Assembly: GCA_002753335.1 (NCBI GenBank)
Contig: PEAD01000024.1
Location: 1-47,642, forward strand
Direction: 5' to 3'
Length of the DNA stretch: 47,642 nucleotides
Origin: Nitrospirae bacterium MYbin3
GTDB taxonomy: Bacteria; Nitrospirota; Thermodesulfovibrionia; Thermodesulfovibrionales; Dissulfurispiraceae
A model generated the notes under the pieces. That model searched no databases, was not told where the DNA came from, and saw only the letters and a list, made by a program, of their open reading frames with translations. Position 1 is the first letter of the stretch; each line of letters begins with the position of its first letter. The position numbers were made by a program, and so were the translations under genes. Below are positions 1 to 8,497 of the stretch, piece after piece.

Positions 1-2
1 CA

Positions 3-197
3 AAGGGGCATCTGGGAGGGGCGATGGGAAAAGAGGTCTGGATTATGCTGCCGTATGTGCCTGACTGGAGATGGCTGATAGATAGAGATGACAGTCCTTG
101 GTACCCTTCTATGCGTCTATTCAGACAAACAGAGCCTTCCGACTGGAATGCGGTCATCGATAAAATTTTTTATAGCCTTTCAAACAGGACAATATGA
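3..197 (+). CDS. 3' end of a TPR/GT-B (GT9-like, FlmG-like) glycosyltransferase, truncated by the window start
   Basis: Frame 3 reads HLGGAMGKEVWIMLPYVPDWRWLIDRDDSPWYPSMRLFRQ, the same C-terminal motif as 194..1759 and 8826..10472. Its TGA (195-197) overlaps the next ATG (ATGA). Confidence 0.85.
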   Translation, partial: KGHLGGAMGKEVWIMLPYVPDWRWLIDRDDSPWYPSMRLFRQTEPSDWNAVIDKIFYSLSNRTI

Positions 198-1759
198 CAA
201 CAAAAAAAGAACTGATTGAAGCAGTACTGAAGCAGCGCGAAAACGGGATGCTCAAAGAATCTTCGGCCTTATGCACTGCTGCAGTTAAAAACTTTCCTGA
301 TGATGCTGATATACTTCACCTTTGCGGGGTCATTGAATCCGAAAACAGGGATTACCAAAACGCAATAATCAGCATCAAAAAAGCGCTTATCATAAATCCA
401 AACATGCCTTCTGCATACAACAATCTCGGCGTGGCGCTCTCGGAAAGCGGCCAGCTTGATGATGCGATAGAAGCCTACAGCAAAGCGGTCTCACTTATGG
501 GCGAGTATGCCCCTGCTTACGACAACCTCGGGCTTGCGCTAAAACGAAACGGCAAACTAAGTCAAGCTATAGAATGCTTTAAAAAAGCTATCTCAATAGA
601 TCCTTCATACGCAAAAGCATGGTATCACTTAGGCAATTCGCTGTATGAAATAGGAGATATGGACAGCGCCGAAAAACATTTAGTCAGAGCAACAGAGCTC
701 GCACCTCTTTTTGCTGACGCATACGGCAATCTGGGGTCTGTTTATAACGAAAAAAAAGAGCTATCGAAAGCCATAAAGTGCTACCGTGAAGCTATACGCA
801 TAAAGCCTGATCATGCAAACGCCCATTGGAACCTATCGTTGGCGCTACTGCTTTCGGGAGAGTTCGAAGAGGGCTGGAAGGAATATGAATGGCGCTTTGC
901 GCTAAAGGATTCTGAAAAAAGAATTTTCTCTAAACCCAAATGGGACTGTTCTTCGCAAATCACCGGCAAATCATTGCTAATACATACGGAGCAGGGATTT
1001 GGAGATGCTATTCAGTTCATAAGATTTGCGCCTATGATTAAAAAAATGGACGCAAAAATAATTTTAGAGTGTCAGAAAGAGTTGACACGACTGTTCTCCA
1101 AAGTAGAAGGCGTCGATACTGTCATCCCGGAAGGGGAGAAGCTGCCTGAGTTTGATCTGCACTACCCTTTGCTCAGCCTTCCTTTGGCTCTCGGCATAAC
1201 ATCAACAAACATCCCTAACCTTCCGTATATCTCACCGGATGAAAACGAGGCTAATAAATGGGGCGAATTGCTTGGCACATTAAAAACTTTAAAAATTGGG
1301 CTTGTTTGGGCAGGAAAACCCAATCATTTTAGAGACAGGTTACGATCTGTTCCTGCATCTGTCTTTGCGCCTTTATTGGAAGTTGCCGGCGCAAGATTTT
1401 ACAGCCTTCAAAAACAAAACCACGAATATGCCAAGACCGAAGAAATAGAAAGTTGGGGAATCATTGATTTTACCGATAAGTTTTACGACTTTGCGGATAC
1501 TGCTGCTTTTATATCAAAACTTGATCTTGTGGTAACCGTTGACAGTGCTATAGCGCATCTTGCCGGAGCAATGGGGAAGCTTGTCTGGGTAATGATACCC
1601 TTTGTCCCCGATTGGCGTTGGCTTAAAAAAGAAACAAACAGTCGGTGGTATCCCACCATGAAACTCTTCAGACAGGAAGAGCCGGGCAAGTGGGAGCCGG
1701 TAGTGATGTCGCTAAGAGAAAATCTGGTTGAAATGACAAAAAACATAAATGCTATATAG
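194..1759 (+). CDS. TPR repeat + GT-B (GT9-like) glycosyltransferase, FlmG/FlbA-like
   Basis: N-terminal TPRs (AYNNLG..., AYDNLG..., AYGNLG...). Then GWKEYEWR, EQGFGD, IGLVWAG, DLVVTVDSAIAHLAGAMG and DWRW...WYPTMKLFRQ. Confidence 0.85.
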   Translation: MTTKKELIEAVLKQRENGMLKESSALCTAAVKNFPDDADILHLCGVIESENRDYQNAIISIKKALIINPNMPSAYNNLGVALSESGQLDDAIEAYSKAVSLMGEYAPAYDNLGLALKRNGKLSQAIECFKKAISIDPSYAKAWYHLGNSLYEIGDMDSAEKHLVRATELAPLFADAYGNLGSVYNEKKELSKAIKCYREAIRIKPDHANAHWNLSLALLLSGEFEEGWKEYEWRFALKDSEKRIFSKPKWDCSSQITGKSLLIHTEQGFGDAIQFIRFAPMIKKMDAKIILECQKELTRLFSKVEGVDTVIPEGEKLPEFDLHYPLLSLPLALGITSTNIPNLPYISPDENEANKWGELLGTLKTLKIGLVWAGKPNHFRDRLRSVPASVFAPLLEVAGARFYSLQKQNHEYAKTEEIESWGIIDFTDKFYDFADTAAFISKLDLVVTVDSAIAHLAGAMGKLVWVMIPFVPDWRWLKKETNSRWYPTMKLFRQEEPGKWEPVVMSLRENLVEMTKNINAI

Positions 1760-1768
1760 GTGGGCTGT

Positions 1769-2632
1769 ATGATCGTTCAAATGTCATGGCTAGGCAAGGA
1801 TGAACTGCACGGATTTGGAAATCAATTCTTTGCATTTTTTTTCTTGAAATTCATTGAGTCACAAATTGGCTGTGATATTCGTTATTCAACTTGGTTGGGC
1901 AATATTCTCTTTAATCTTCCTGAATGCAACCCTGTTCTGTCATATGATGAAAGCATAGATTTAGAACATACCATCAGTCGCGAAAAAGGACCTGAGGCAG
2001 AAATTAAAATTATTAAAAGCCATCTAGAAAAAGAAGCTAAAGTTTTAGAGCTAATGGGATTATTTCAATACCATACTTCAGCCTACATAAAGCATAGAGA
2101 GATGTTCTTCAATATCTTCAACTTTAGTGAACTTATTGAGCAACAGATAAACCAATCCTTGGTTAATTTAGGATTGGAAGATTGCCCTATAATCTGTGTT
2201 CATTTCAGAAGGGGTGATTATCTGAAATTTGCAAACAAGCATCCGTTATTCTGGGGCGGCAGTTTTGATGCCGTAATCAACGCCTTGTCTGACCTTATGC
2301 TGTCTTCATTTAAAAATTCCGCCATTTATTTATGCAGCGACGATATAGAGCATTGCAGACGAGAGTTTGAGTTGCGAAACATTCCGTGCATCACCAATGC
2401 AAGCCTCTTTGCGGTATTGGATGATTCGACCCGGTTGATTTCTGACTTTATGATGATGGCAAAATCAAGCGCACTCATTATCGCAAATAGTTCTCTTTCT
2501 TTTGCTGCAGCAATGTTAAATCATAAAGCAAAGATTTTTTTGCGCCCTTGTCCGCAAAAAGATAGATTTATTCCCTTTGACCCATGGAATTCTCATGTTC
2601 TTCTTCCAAAGTTCCCGCTTCATTTTCCATAG
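1769..2632 (+). CDS. GT11-family (alpha-1,2-fucosyltransferase-like) glycosyltransferase
   Basis: GFGNQFF, VHFRRGDY, CSDD and IANSSLS match GT11 signature motifs. ATG 1769 preferred; GTG 1760 is the alternative. Confidence 0.75.
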   Translation: MIVQMSWLGKDELHGFGNQFFAFFFLKFIESQIGCDIRYSTWLGNILFNLPECNPVLSYDESIDLEHTISREKGPEAEIKIIKSHLEKEAKVLELMGLFQYHTSAYIKHREMFFNIFNFSELIEQQINQSLVNLGLEDCPIICVHFRRGDYLKFANKHPLFWGGSFDAVINALSDLMLSSFKNSAIYLCSDDIEHCRREFELRNIPCITNASLFAVLDDSTRLISDFMMMAKSSALIIANSSLSFAAAMLNHKAKIFLRPCPQKDRFIPFDPWNSHVLLPKFPLHFP

Positions 2633-2658
2633 CATTCTATGTCAGGAGATAAAGCCAT

Positions 2659-3318
2659 ATGCTTATAGATTTTTCTAAATGCAACAGGTTAATCGGCGCG
2701 CTTTATAGCAAACCGGTCAAAAAGATCTATCATGTTGGCGCACATATAGGAGAAGAAGCATTTATATATGCTGCCAATAAAGTTGAAAAAGTGGTCTGGT
2801 TTGAAGCCAACGATTCTTTATTGCAGTCTTTGAGCGAAAATATCAGCAAATACGATATTGAGCAGTTTATAGTGCCTTACGCGTTATTTGATGAAAACAA
2901 GGTGCTGAAACTAAATGTAACGAATAACTTTCAAAGCTCTTCTGTGTTTGAACTGGACAGGCACTCTGCATATTATCCTCAAATTATCGTCAGCGAAATA
3001 AAGGAAGTTCAAGCCTATCGACTGGATTCGTTGATTGAAGCCAAACAATGTCATTTGCCATGGATTGATTTTGACTTTATTAACATTGATACGCAGGGTT
3101 CTGAGCTTGCAGTGTTGAAAGGACTGGGCAATTACATCAGCCAACAATCATTAAAAGGCATATTCCTTGAAGTAAATTCGGAGTCTCTTTATAAGGGAAT
3201 TCCTTTGGTTTCTGAGATTGATGAATTCTTGGCAAGACATAGCTTTTTTCGAGTTCTGACAAACTGGACAAAAGAAGGCTGGGGTGATGCGTTCTACTTG
3301 AAATCTGTTACGCTTTAA
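2659..3318 (+). CDS. FkbM-family SAM-dependent methyltransferase
   Basis: HVGAHIGEE, WFEAN, NIDTQGSELAVLKG, LEVN..LYKG and WGDAFY motifs. AGGAGA RBS upstream. Confidence 0.85.
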   Translation: MLIDFSKCNRLIGALYSKPVKKIYHVGAHIGEEAFIYAANKVEKVVWFEANDSLLQSLSENISKYDIEQFIVPYALFDENKVLKLNVTNNFQSSSVFELDRHSAYYPQIIVSEIKEVQAYRLDSLIEAKQCHLPWIDFDFINIDTQGSELAVLKGLGNYISQQSLKGIFLEVNSESLYKGIPLVSEIDEFLARHSFFRVLTNWTKEGWGDAFYLKSVTL

Positions 3319-3349
3319 CAAAAAAATGCTGAAGCGAAAACAACAAAAA

Positions 3350-3379
3350 TTGCTGGAAATTGCTGCCTTGCGATACAAT
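3350..3379 (+). promoter_or_regulatory. possible sigma-70 promoter
   Basis: TTGCTG-N18-TACAAT in the gap before the methyltransferase gene. Confidence 0.3.
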
Positions 3380-3398
3380 TAATATATTCTACTTTAGG

Positions 3399-4139
3399 AT
3401 GACCATGGGCACAAACTATTATTCACCGTTAAAAGAAAGTCACGATGTAAAGTATGGTGACTCACCTCGCATAGAAATAGCCAATCTTATAACCTGGATT
3501 CCTGAAAATATTCTCGAGATAGGTTGTGGCACAGGCGCCACCGGCCAATTGCTGAAACAGAAGTTTCCTAATCTGTTTTATAAAGGCATCGAACTGGATA
3601 AAACTGCTGCTGAGCTTGCTTCTAAGCGCCTTGACAATGTTGTTGTTGCTGATATTAACCGATTTGATGCCATAGAGTTAGGAATTGAAAAAGAATCTTT
3701 TGACCTGATTATCTGCGCTGATGTTTTGGAGCATCTGTATGACCCTTGGAAAACTTTACATGATTTGAGAGATTGTCTCAGGCCTGATGGAAAGTTGATT
3801 GCAAGCATCCCCAATGTCCAGAATATTGACCTTATTCTGCAGCTTGTTAATGGAAATTGGAGTTATGCAAAACATGGTTTGTTGGATGCGACACATATAA
3901 GGTTTTTTACTTTGAACGAAATATACAAGCTCTTCAATGGCACCCGGTATAATGTAATCCATTGCTTTAGCAATAGACAGCCTGGATTAGAAGAGCAGGG
4001 ATGGCCTAAAGATCTTGATTTGGGAAAGATAGTATTAAAAAATATCTCGCTTGAAGAAGCTGCCAGCTTTTTTACTTTTCAATATTTTGTTGTAGCTGAA
4101 AAAAACAGAACGCCTGCCGAAAACACCTCGACAAAATGA
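3399..4139 (+). CDS. class I SAM-dependent methyltransferase (sugar-cluster type)
   Basis: ILEIGCGTG, FDLIICADVLEHLYDP, SIPNV and GLLDATHIRFFT. Start ATG 3399 or 3405 rather than TTG 3360. Confidence 0.85.
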   Translation: MTMGTNYYSPLKESHDVKYGDSPRIEIANLITWIPENILEIGCGTGATGQLLKQKFPNLFYKGIELDKTAAELASKRLDNVVVADINRFDAIELGIEKESFDLIICADVLEHLYDPWKTLHDLRDCLRPDGKLIASIPNVQNIDLILQLVNGNWSYAKHGLLDATHIRFFTLNEIYKLFNGTRYNVIHCFSNRQPGLEEQGWPKDLDLGKIVLKNISLEEAASFFTFQYFVVAEKNRTPAENTSTK

Positions 4140-4168
4140 CGTTACTTGCACAAAAATAATTCCTGCAA

Positions 4169-5737
4169 GTGGGGAAAGTAAAATTAAAAATCATGCTGTC
4201 TTGCGTATTAAACCCTCTTGTTCCCGCCTATTACATAGAAAAAGCACTAAGAAAAAAACATGACGTTATAAAGTTCTCTCCTTTAGATATTTCTGAAAAG
4301 AGACTTAAGTACGAATGGAATATAAACTACAACGACATAAAAGACAAACTGCTGCCTCCGGAAATAGGCTCAAGCGTATTTTCGCATGCGGAAGCCGTAA
4401 AAAAGCTGCCTTGGAATCCTGATGTATTGTTTTACATAGACACCCATATTTGGTACCCTTTCGTTGGAATAGAGAAAATCGATGCATTCAAAGTTTGCTG
4501 GCTTATTGATGCTCATACATCACAGGAACTTTATTTAGAAATAGCGAAGAAGTTCGATATCGTGTTCCTGACAGAGACCTGCTATGTTGAGGCCTTCAGA
4601 AAACAGGGCATAAAAAATGTCTTCTGGATGCCATTGGCTTGTGATGATATCAACATCGGAAAACCTAAAGAAAAAACATTTGATATTTCTTTTATAGGTT
4701 CAATAAAAGATGACAGAAAAAAATACATGGATTTACTAAACCACAATTTTAATTTTGCGACCAAGAGTGCATTTTATGAAACCGCAACGGCCCTTTATGA
4801 ACAGTCACGACTAGTTTTACATATATCTCCACACATAGATTCAGGATATAAAATTCTGAGTGCCCGCATCTTCGAAGCTATGGCATCAGGATCTGCGTTA
4901 ATCACCGACAGAATAGGCAGTACTGATATAAATACTCTTTTAAAAGAAGGCCGCGATTATATAGGTTACACAGATTCAAATGATTTAGTAGAAATTGCAA
5001 AATACTACCTTAATAACGAAAACGAAAGGGAAGAAATAGCAAAAAATGGATTTAATAAAGTGACTGCTTTACATACTTACGACAAGAGGATTGACGCTAT
5101 TACAGACATAATTACCGGGTTCCTGGGGTCAAGAGAAAATCACAATGACATGAATAGCAATGTTACACAACCGCTAACTCTCCAGCAACTCATAGACAGG
5201 GAAGATTTCAATGCCGCTATTTCGATCTGTCTTGAATCAATAAAATCGGATCCTGATAATTATATCGCTTACAATACTTTGGGAGATGTATATTCAAAAA
5301 TGCATGAATATGAAAAAGCGATAAGATCTTACAAAAAATCTTTATCTATTAAAGATGATGCCGGCACTTACAACAACATCGCAAATATTTATTTTGTATG
5401 CAATAACTTCGACAGCGCAACGAAATATTACAATATTGCCCTATCCTGCGATAAAAACAACTACGCCATATATCAAAATTTGGGAATACTTTCTCATCTC
5501 AAAGAAGAATATGAAAACGCAATGATGTTCTATAATGAATCGCTTAAACTCAATCCGAAAAATGGGCAGATATATAACAATATATTCAATATTTTTGTAA
5601 AATTCTATACTAAAGGCACACTCATTAGTGATAGCAATTCTCCTGAAATAACAAATAGATTGTATTATCTTCTTTCTCCCGAATTCAGGTTTGAAGATAT
5701 AAAGATTTATTTAAAAAAATCTTTCGAATATTTATAA
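4169..5737 (+). CDS. CgeB-like glycosyltransferase with C-terminal TPR repeats
   Basis: WMPLACD, DISFIGS, RIFEAMASG, EREEIAKNG and HTYDKRI (CgeB/Glyco_trans_1_2-like). Then TPRs AYNTLG, TYNNIA, IYQNLG. Confidence 0.75.
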   Translation: MGKVKLKIMLSCVLNPLVPAYYIEKALRKKHDVIKFSPLDISEKRLKYEWNINYNDIKDKLLPPEIGSSVFSHAEAVKKLPWNPDVLFYIDTHIWYPFVGIEKIDAFKVCWLIDAHTSQELYLEIAKKFDIVFLTETCYVEAFRKQGIKNVFWMPLACDDINIGKPKEKTFDISFIGSIKDDRKKYMDLLNHNFNFATKSAFYETATALYEQSRLVLHISPHIDSGYKILSARIFEAMASGSALITDRIGSTDINTLLKEGRDYIGYTDSNDLVEIAKYYLNNENEREEIAKNGFNKVTALHTYDKRIDAITDIITGFLGSRENHNDMNSNVTQPLTLQQLIDREDFNAAISICLESIKSDPDNYIAYNTLGDVYSKMHEYEKAIRSYKKSLSIKDDAGTYNNIANIYFVCNNFDSATKYYNIALSCDKNNYAIYQNLGILSHLKEEYENAMMFYNESLKLNPKNGQIYNNIFNIFVKFYTKGTLISDSNSPEITNRLYYLLSPEFRFEDIKIYLKKSFEYL

Positions 5738-5752
5738 AAAAGCGGTTACCAA

Positions 5753-6847
5753 TTAATCAATACTGTTTTTTTCTATCACCCTTAGGCTCATAAACGAAAA
5801 AACTTCATTATATAATCTTGATGAGCTCATGAGTGTGTTATAAAACGAAGAAACCCCGTCCCATACGCCAATATCATGAAAAACAATCAATCCTCCGGTT
5901 GCAACAAATGGGGACCACAATGAAAAATCCCTTTCAGACCCTTCTAATGAATGGTCGCCGTCAATAAACAAAAGCCTTATTGGCCCTGACCAATTCTTAA
6001 CCGCCTGCTCAGAACTTGCAACAGTCGGTATTACATAATCATCCAGCCCTGCAGCACTAAGATTTTCAGAAAAACGTTTAAAAGTGGTTCCTTCACTTAT
6101 CAGTTCTTTTTCGTTCTTATGTTCTAAAGATCCGCTAAAATGATCAATTGCTGTAATCTTCTCTCTGCCAGAATTTTTCGAGCCTTCGGCAAGCCAACAT
6201 GTTGACCGCCCCATAAAACTTCCTATTTCAACAACCGATCCTGCTTGGGGGCCTTTAGAAGCAAGTGCCATAAGAATATACCCCTCCACACTATGAAGAA
6301 ACCCCTGAATATTGCAAAATCTATCTCTAAAAAAATCATAGCGCTCCTCAAATTCATCAAATAATCGTGCTAGAGGATAGCGTTCCTTAGAAATACCAAA
6401 TGCTCTCATAAAAGACTCTTTCGCACCGGATAAATCACCTGTTTCCTCAAGAACCTTACCCAGATTTGTAAAAATCTCAGCTGATGCATTATTGCAAGAA
6501 ACAGCCTTGCGATAGGCACTAATAGCAAAATCAATCATGCTAAGGCGATAAAATACATTCCCTTGGTTATTATATAAATCGGCATTGTCAGGTGCTATGT
6601 TGATAGCTTTTGCAATACAAACAAGAGCTGCTTCATGGTTGTTCTTTTTCGAATAAAGTGCAGAGAGATTGTTTAAAGCGGCTGTGTGATTAGGATTTGT
6701 CTCAAGCAACTTCTCATAACAAAGTATAGCTTTTTCGGTATTCCCATTTTTTTGAAAAAACATTGCTAAATTGAAATAAGCATCGGTATTTAGAGGGTTC
6801 TTGTTGACTTCTTGTATTAGATGTTTCATTTCGTCAGATTTTTTCAA
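5753..6847 (-). CDS. N-terminal TPR + class I SAM methyltransferase (Methyltransf_24-like) fusion
   Basis: TPRs, then VVEIGSFMGRST, AIDHF, LLFIDGDHS and GGLIVFHD. Start TTG 6847 or ATG 6829. Confidence 0.8.
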   Translation of the reverse strand: MKKSDEMKHLIQEVNKNPLNTDAYFNLAMFFQKNGNTEKAILCYEKLLETNPNHTAALNNLSALYSKKNNHEAALVCIAKAINIAPDNADLYNNQGNVFYRLSMIDFAISAYRKAVSCNNASAEIFTNLGKVLEETGDLSGAKESFMRAFGISKERYPLARLFDEFEERYDFFRDRFCNIQGFLHSVEGYILMALASKGPQAGSVVEIGSFMGRSTCWLAEGSKNSGREKITAIDHFSGSLEHKNEKELISEGTTFKRFSENLSAAGLDDYVIPTVASSEQAVKNWSGPIRLLFIDGDHSLEGSERDFSLWSPFVATGGLIVFHDIGVWDGVSSFYNTLMSSSRLYNEVFSFMSLRVIEKNSID

Positions 6848-6925
6848 AAGTTCTTGTTTATAATACGATTCTTAGTTGCATGAATCAATCTTATTTTTTC
6901 TGGTTTCGCTAAAACCGCGACTCAT

Positions 6926-6952
6926 TAAACTTTAGCACACATTCTCCGATAA
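6926..6952 (+). promoter_or_regulatory. sigma-28 (FliA) promoter upstream of flagellin
   Basis: TAAA-N15-TCCGATAA versus consensus TAAA-N15-GCCGATAA: one mismatch, exact spacing. Confidence 0.75.
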
Positions 6953-6980
6953 ATAAAACAACCAGACATAGCAAAAAAGA

Positions 6981-7009
6981 TTAACATTTTTAATGTATTA
7001 TGATATACT
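6981..7009 (+). promoter_or_regulatory. sigma-70-type promoter with extended -10 upstream of flagellin
   Basis: TTAACA-N17-TATACT, with TG at 7001-7002 (TGnTATACT). Confidence 0.55.
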
Positions 7010-7015
7010 TGTACA

Positions 7016-7134
7016 AGTCCTAAAAGGAGGTGAACAAAAGAAAGGACTGAAAATTAGGCGCTGAAACAATCAGCATAAAATAATAACCCCTCAGCAAGAA
7101 TGCTGAGATAAAATCCCAGAAAAGGAGAAACAAC
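7016..7134 (+). promoter_or_regulatory. structured flagellin 5' leader (three stem-loops plus RBS)
   Basis: AGTCCT/AGGACT (7016-7048), GCTGA/TCAGC (7060-7074) and CTCAGCA/TGCTGAG (7090-7107). AAGGAG RBS before ATG 7135. Confidence 0.5.
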
Positions 7135-7998
7135 ATGAACGAGATAGCATTAACATCCTCGATGAGACAAAACCTCATCAATCTGCAGGGAACAGCAAAC
7201 AACTTATCAACGGTTCAAAACAGACTGGCATCAGGCAAAAAGGTTAACACCGCTCTTGATGATCCGGTGAACTTCTTTGCTGCTCAGGCAAATATGTCAA
7301 GGGCTGCTGACCTTGCGCTCCGCAAAGATTCTATGGGCGAAGCGATTCAGACAGCAAAAGCTGCTGATTCAGCAATAACCGCGATTTCATCGCTCCTTGA
7401 TCAGGCAAAGTCTATCGCCACCACTTCGCTCTCAACTTCAGACACGAATAGCCGAGCAAGTTATTCGACGCAGTTTAACGTAGTCATGAGTCAGATTTTG
7501 GCGGTAGCCAATGATGCCAGCTATAAAGGCACAAACTTCCTTAAAGCCGCCACATTGACCGTAAAGTTCAATGAAGATGGCACTTCTTCTCTTGCTATGA
7601 CAGGCTTTAGAGGCGACTCAATAGCCAACCTTACTCTTGGTATGGTTGGTACAACTGTAACAACCTCTTATGGCAGTTCTACAGGTGTGGGTATCTGGTC
7701 AGATGCTACCTGCGGTGGATCAAATATTCAAGGCGCACTCGACGCAATCAACACCGCAACCACAAACCTCAGAGACCAGGCAAAGTCTATCGCAACTAAC
7801 CTTAACGTTATTACAGTGCGTTCAGAATTCGCAAAGAACATGATCGACACTCTAAAAACCGGTGCAGATAATTTGACACTGGCTGACATGAATGAAGAGG
7901 GCGCTAACATGCTTATGCTTCAGACCCGTCAGTCTCTGGGCATCACTTCACTGAGCCTTGCTTCACAGGCAGCCCAGTCCGTATTAAGAATGTTCTAA
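7135..7998 (+). CDS. fliC: flagellin (alphaproteobacterial-type termini, 287 aa)
   Basis: N-terminal RLASGKKVNTALDDPVNFF and C-terminal LTLADMNEEGANMLMLQTRQSLG...QSVLRMF. Ser/Thr-rich centre, followed by flbT and flaF. Confidence 0.95.
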   Translation: MNEIALTSSMRQNLINLQGTANNLSTVQNRLASGKKVNTALDDPVNFFAAQANMSRAADLALRKDSMGEAIQTAKAADSAITAISSLLDQAKSIATTSLSTSDTNSRASYSTQFNVVMSQILAVANDASYKGTNFLKAATLTVKFNEDGTSSLAMTGFRGDSIANLTLGMVGTTVTTSYGSSTGVGIWSDATCGGSNIQGALDAINTATTNLRDQAKSIATNLNVITVRSEFAKNMIDTLKTGADNLTLADMNEEGANMLMLQTRQSLGITSLSLASQAAQSVLRMF

Positions 7999-8010
7999 AA
8001 AAGCATCATG

Positions 8011-8042
8011 CAATGCGGAAGAGAATATTCTCTTCCGCATTG
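8011..8042 (+). terminator. perfect 32-bp palindrome after flagellin (terminator or mRNA-stabilising hairpin)
   Basis: CAATGCGGAAGAGAAT|ATTCTCTTCCGCATTG begins 13 nt after the stop. It has no strong U-tract. Confidence 0.65.
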
Positions 8043-8071
8043 TCTCTCAAACAAATCAATCTAAATCTAAA

Positions 8072-8497
8072 ATGTCATTAAAACTAAATCTTAAACCATA
8101 CGAACGGCTGATTGTTGGAGGAGCTGTAATCGCCAATGGTAGTCACAAAACCGAACTTTTTATAGAAAACAAAGCACTTGTTCTTCGTGAAAAAGATATA
8201 ATGACCACGCAACATGCTGATACGCATTGCAAAAAACTTTACCTTGCAATTCAGCTTATGTACATAGATGAGAAAAACTTGACAGAGTACTATGACGTTT
8301 ACTGGAAGCTTGTTCGCGAGCTTATAAATGCTGCGCCAAGGCTTATCTCAATTATAGACAGTATGAATGAACATATTATTTCTGGCAGATATTATCCTGC
8401 TTTAAAACTTGCAAAAGAATTAATACATTTTGAAGAGGAGGCATTAAATGGAATCAAAGGATCCGTTGTCAGAGAACAACAATATGTCGGGGCGTGA
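8072..8497 (+). CDS. flbT: flagellar biosynthesis regulator FlbT
   Basis: MSLKLNLKPYERLIVGGAVIANG...VLREKDIM...LYLAIQLMYID...YYPALKLAKELI. Confidence 0.92.
   Translation: MSLKLNLKPYERLIVGGAVIANGSHKTELFIENKALVLREKDIMTTQHADTHCKKLYLAIQLMYIDEKNLTEYYDVYWKLVRELINAAPRLISIIDSMNEHIISGRYYPALKLAKELIHFEEEALNGIKGSVVREQQYVGA

Noticed and set aside
7030..7050. Mini-ORF GTG-NKRKD-stop in the flagellin leader
   Set aside because: The GTG lies inside the SD sequence itself, so spacing is incompatible with normal initiation. Kept only as part of the leader finding.
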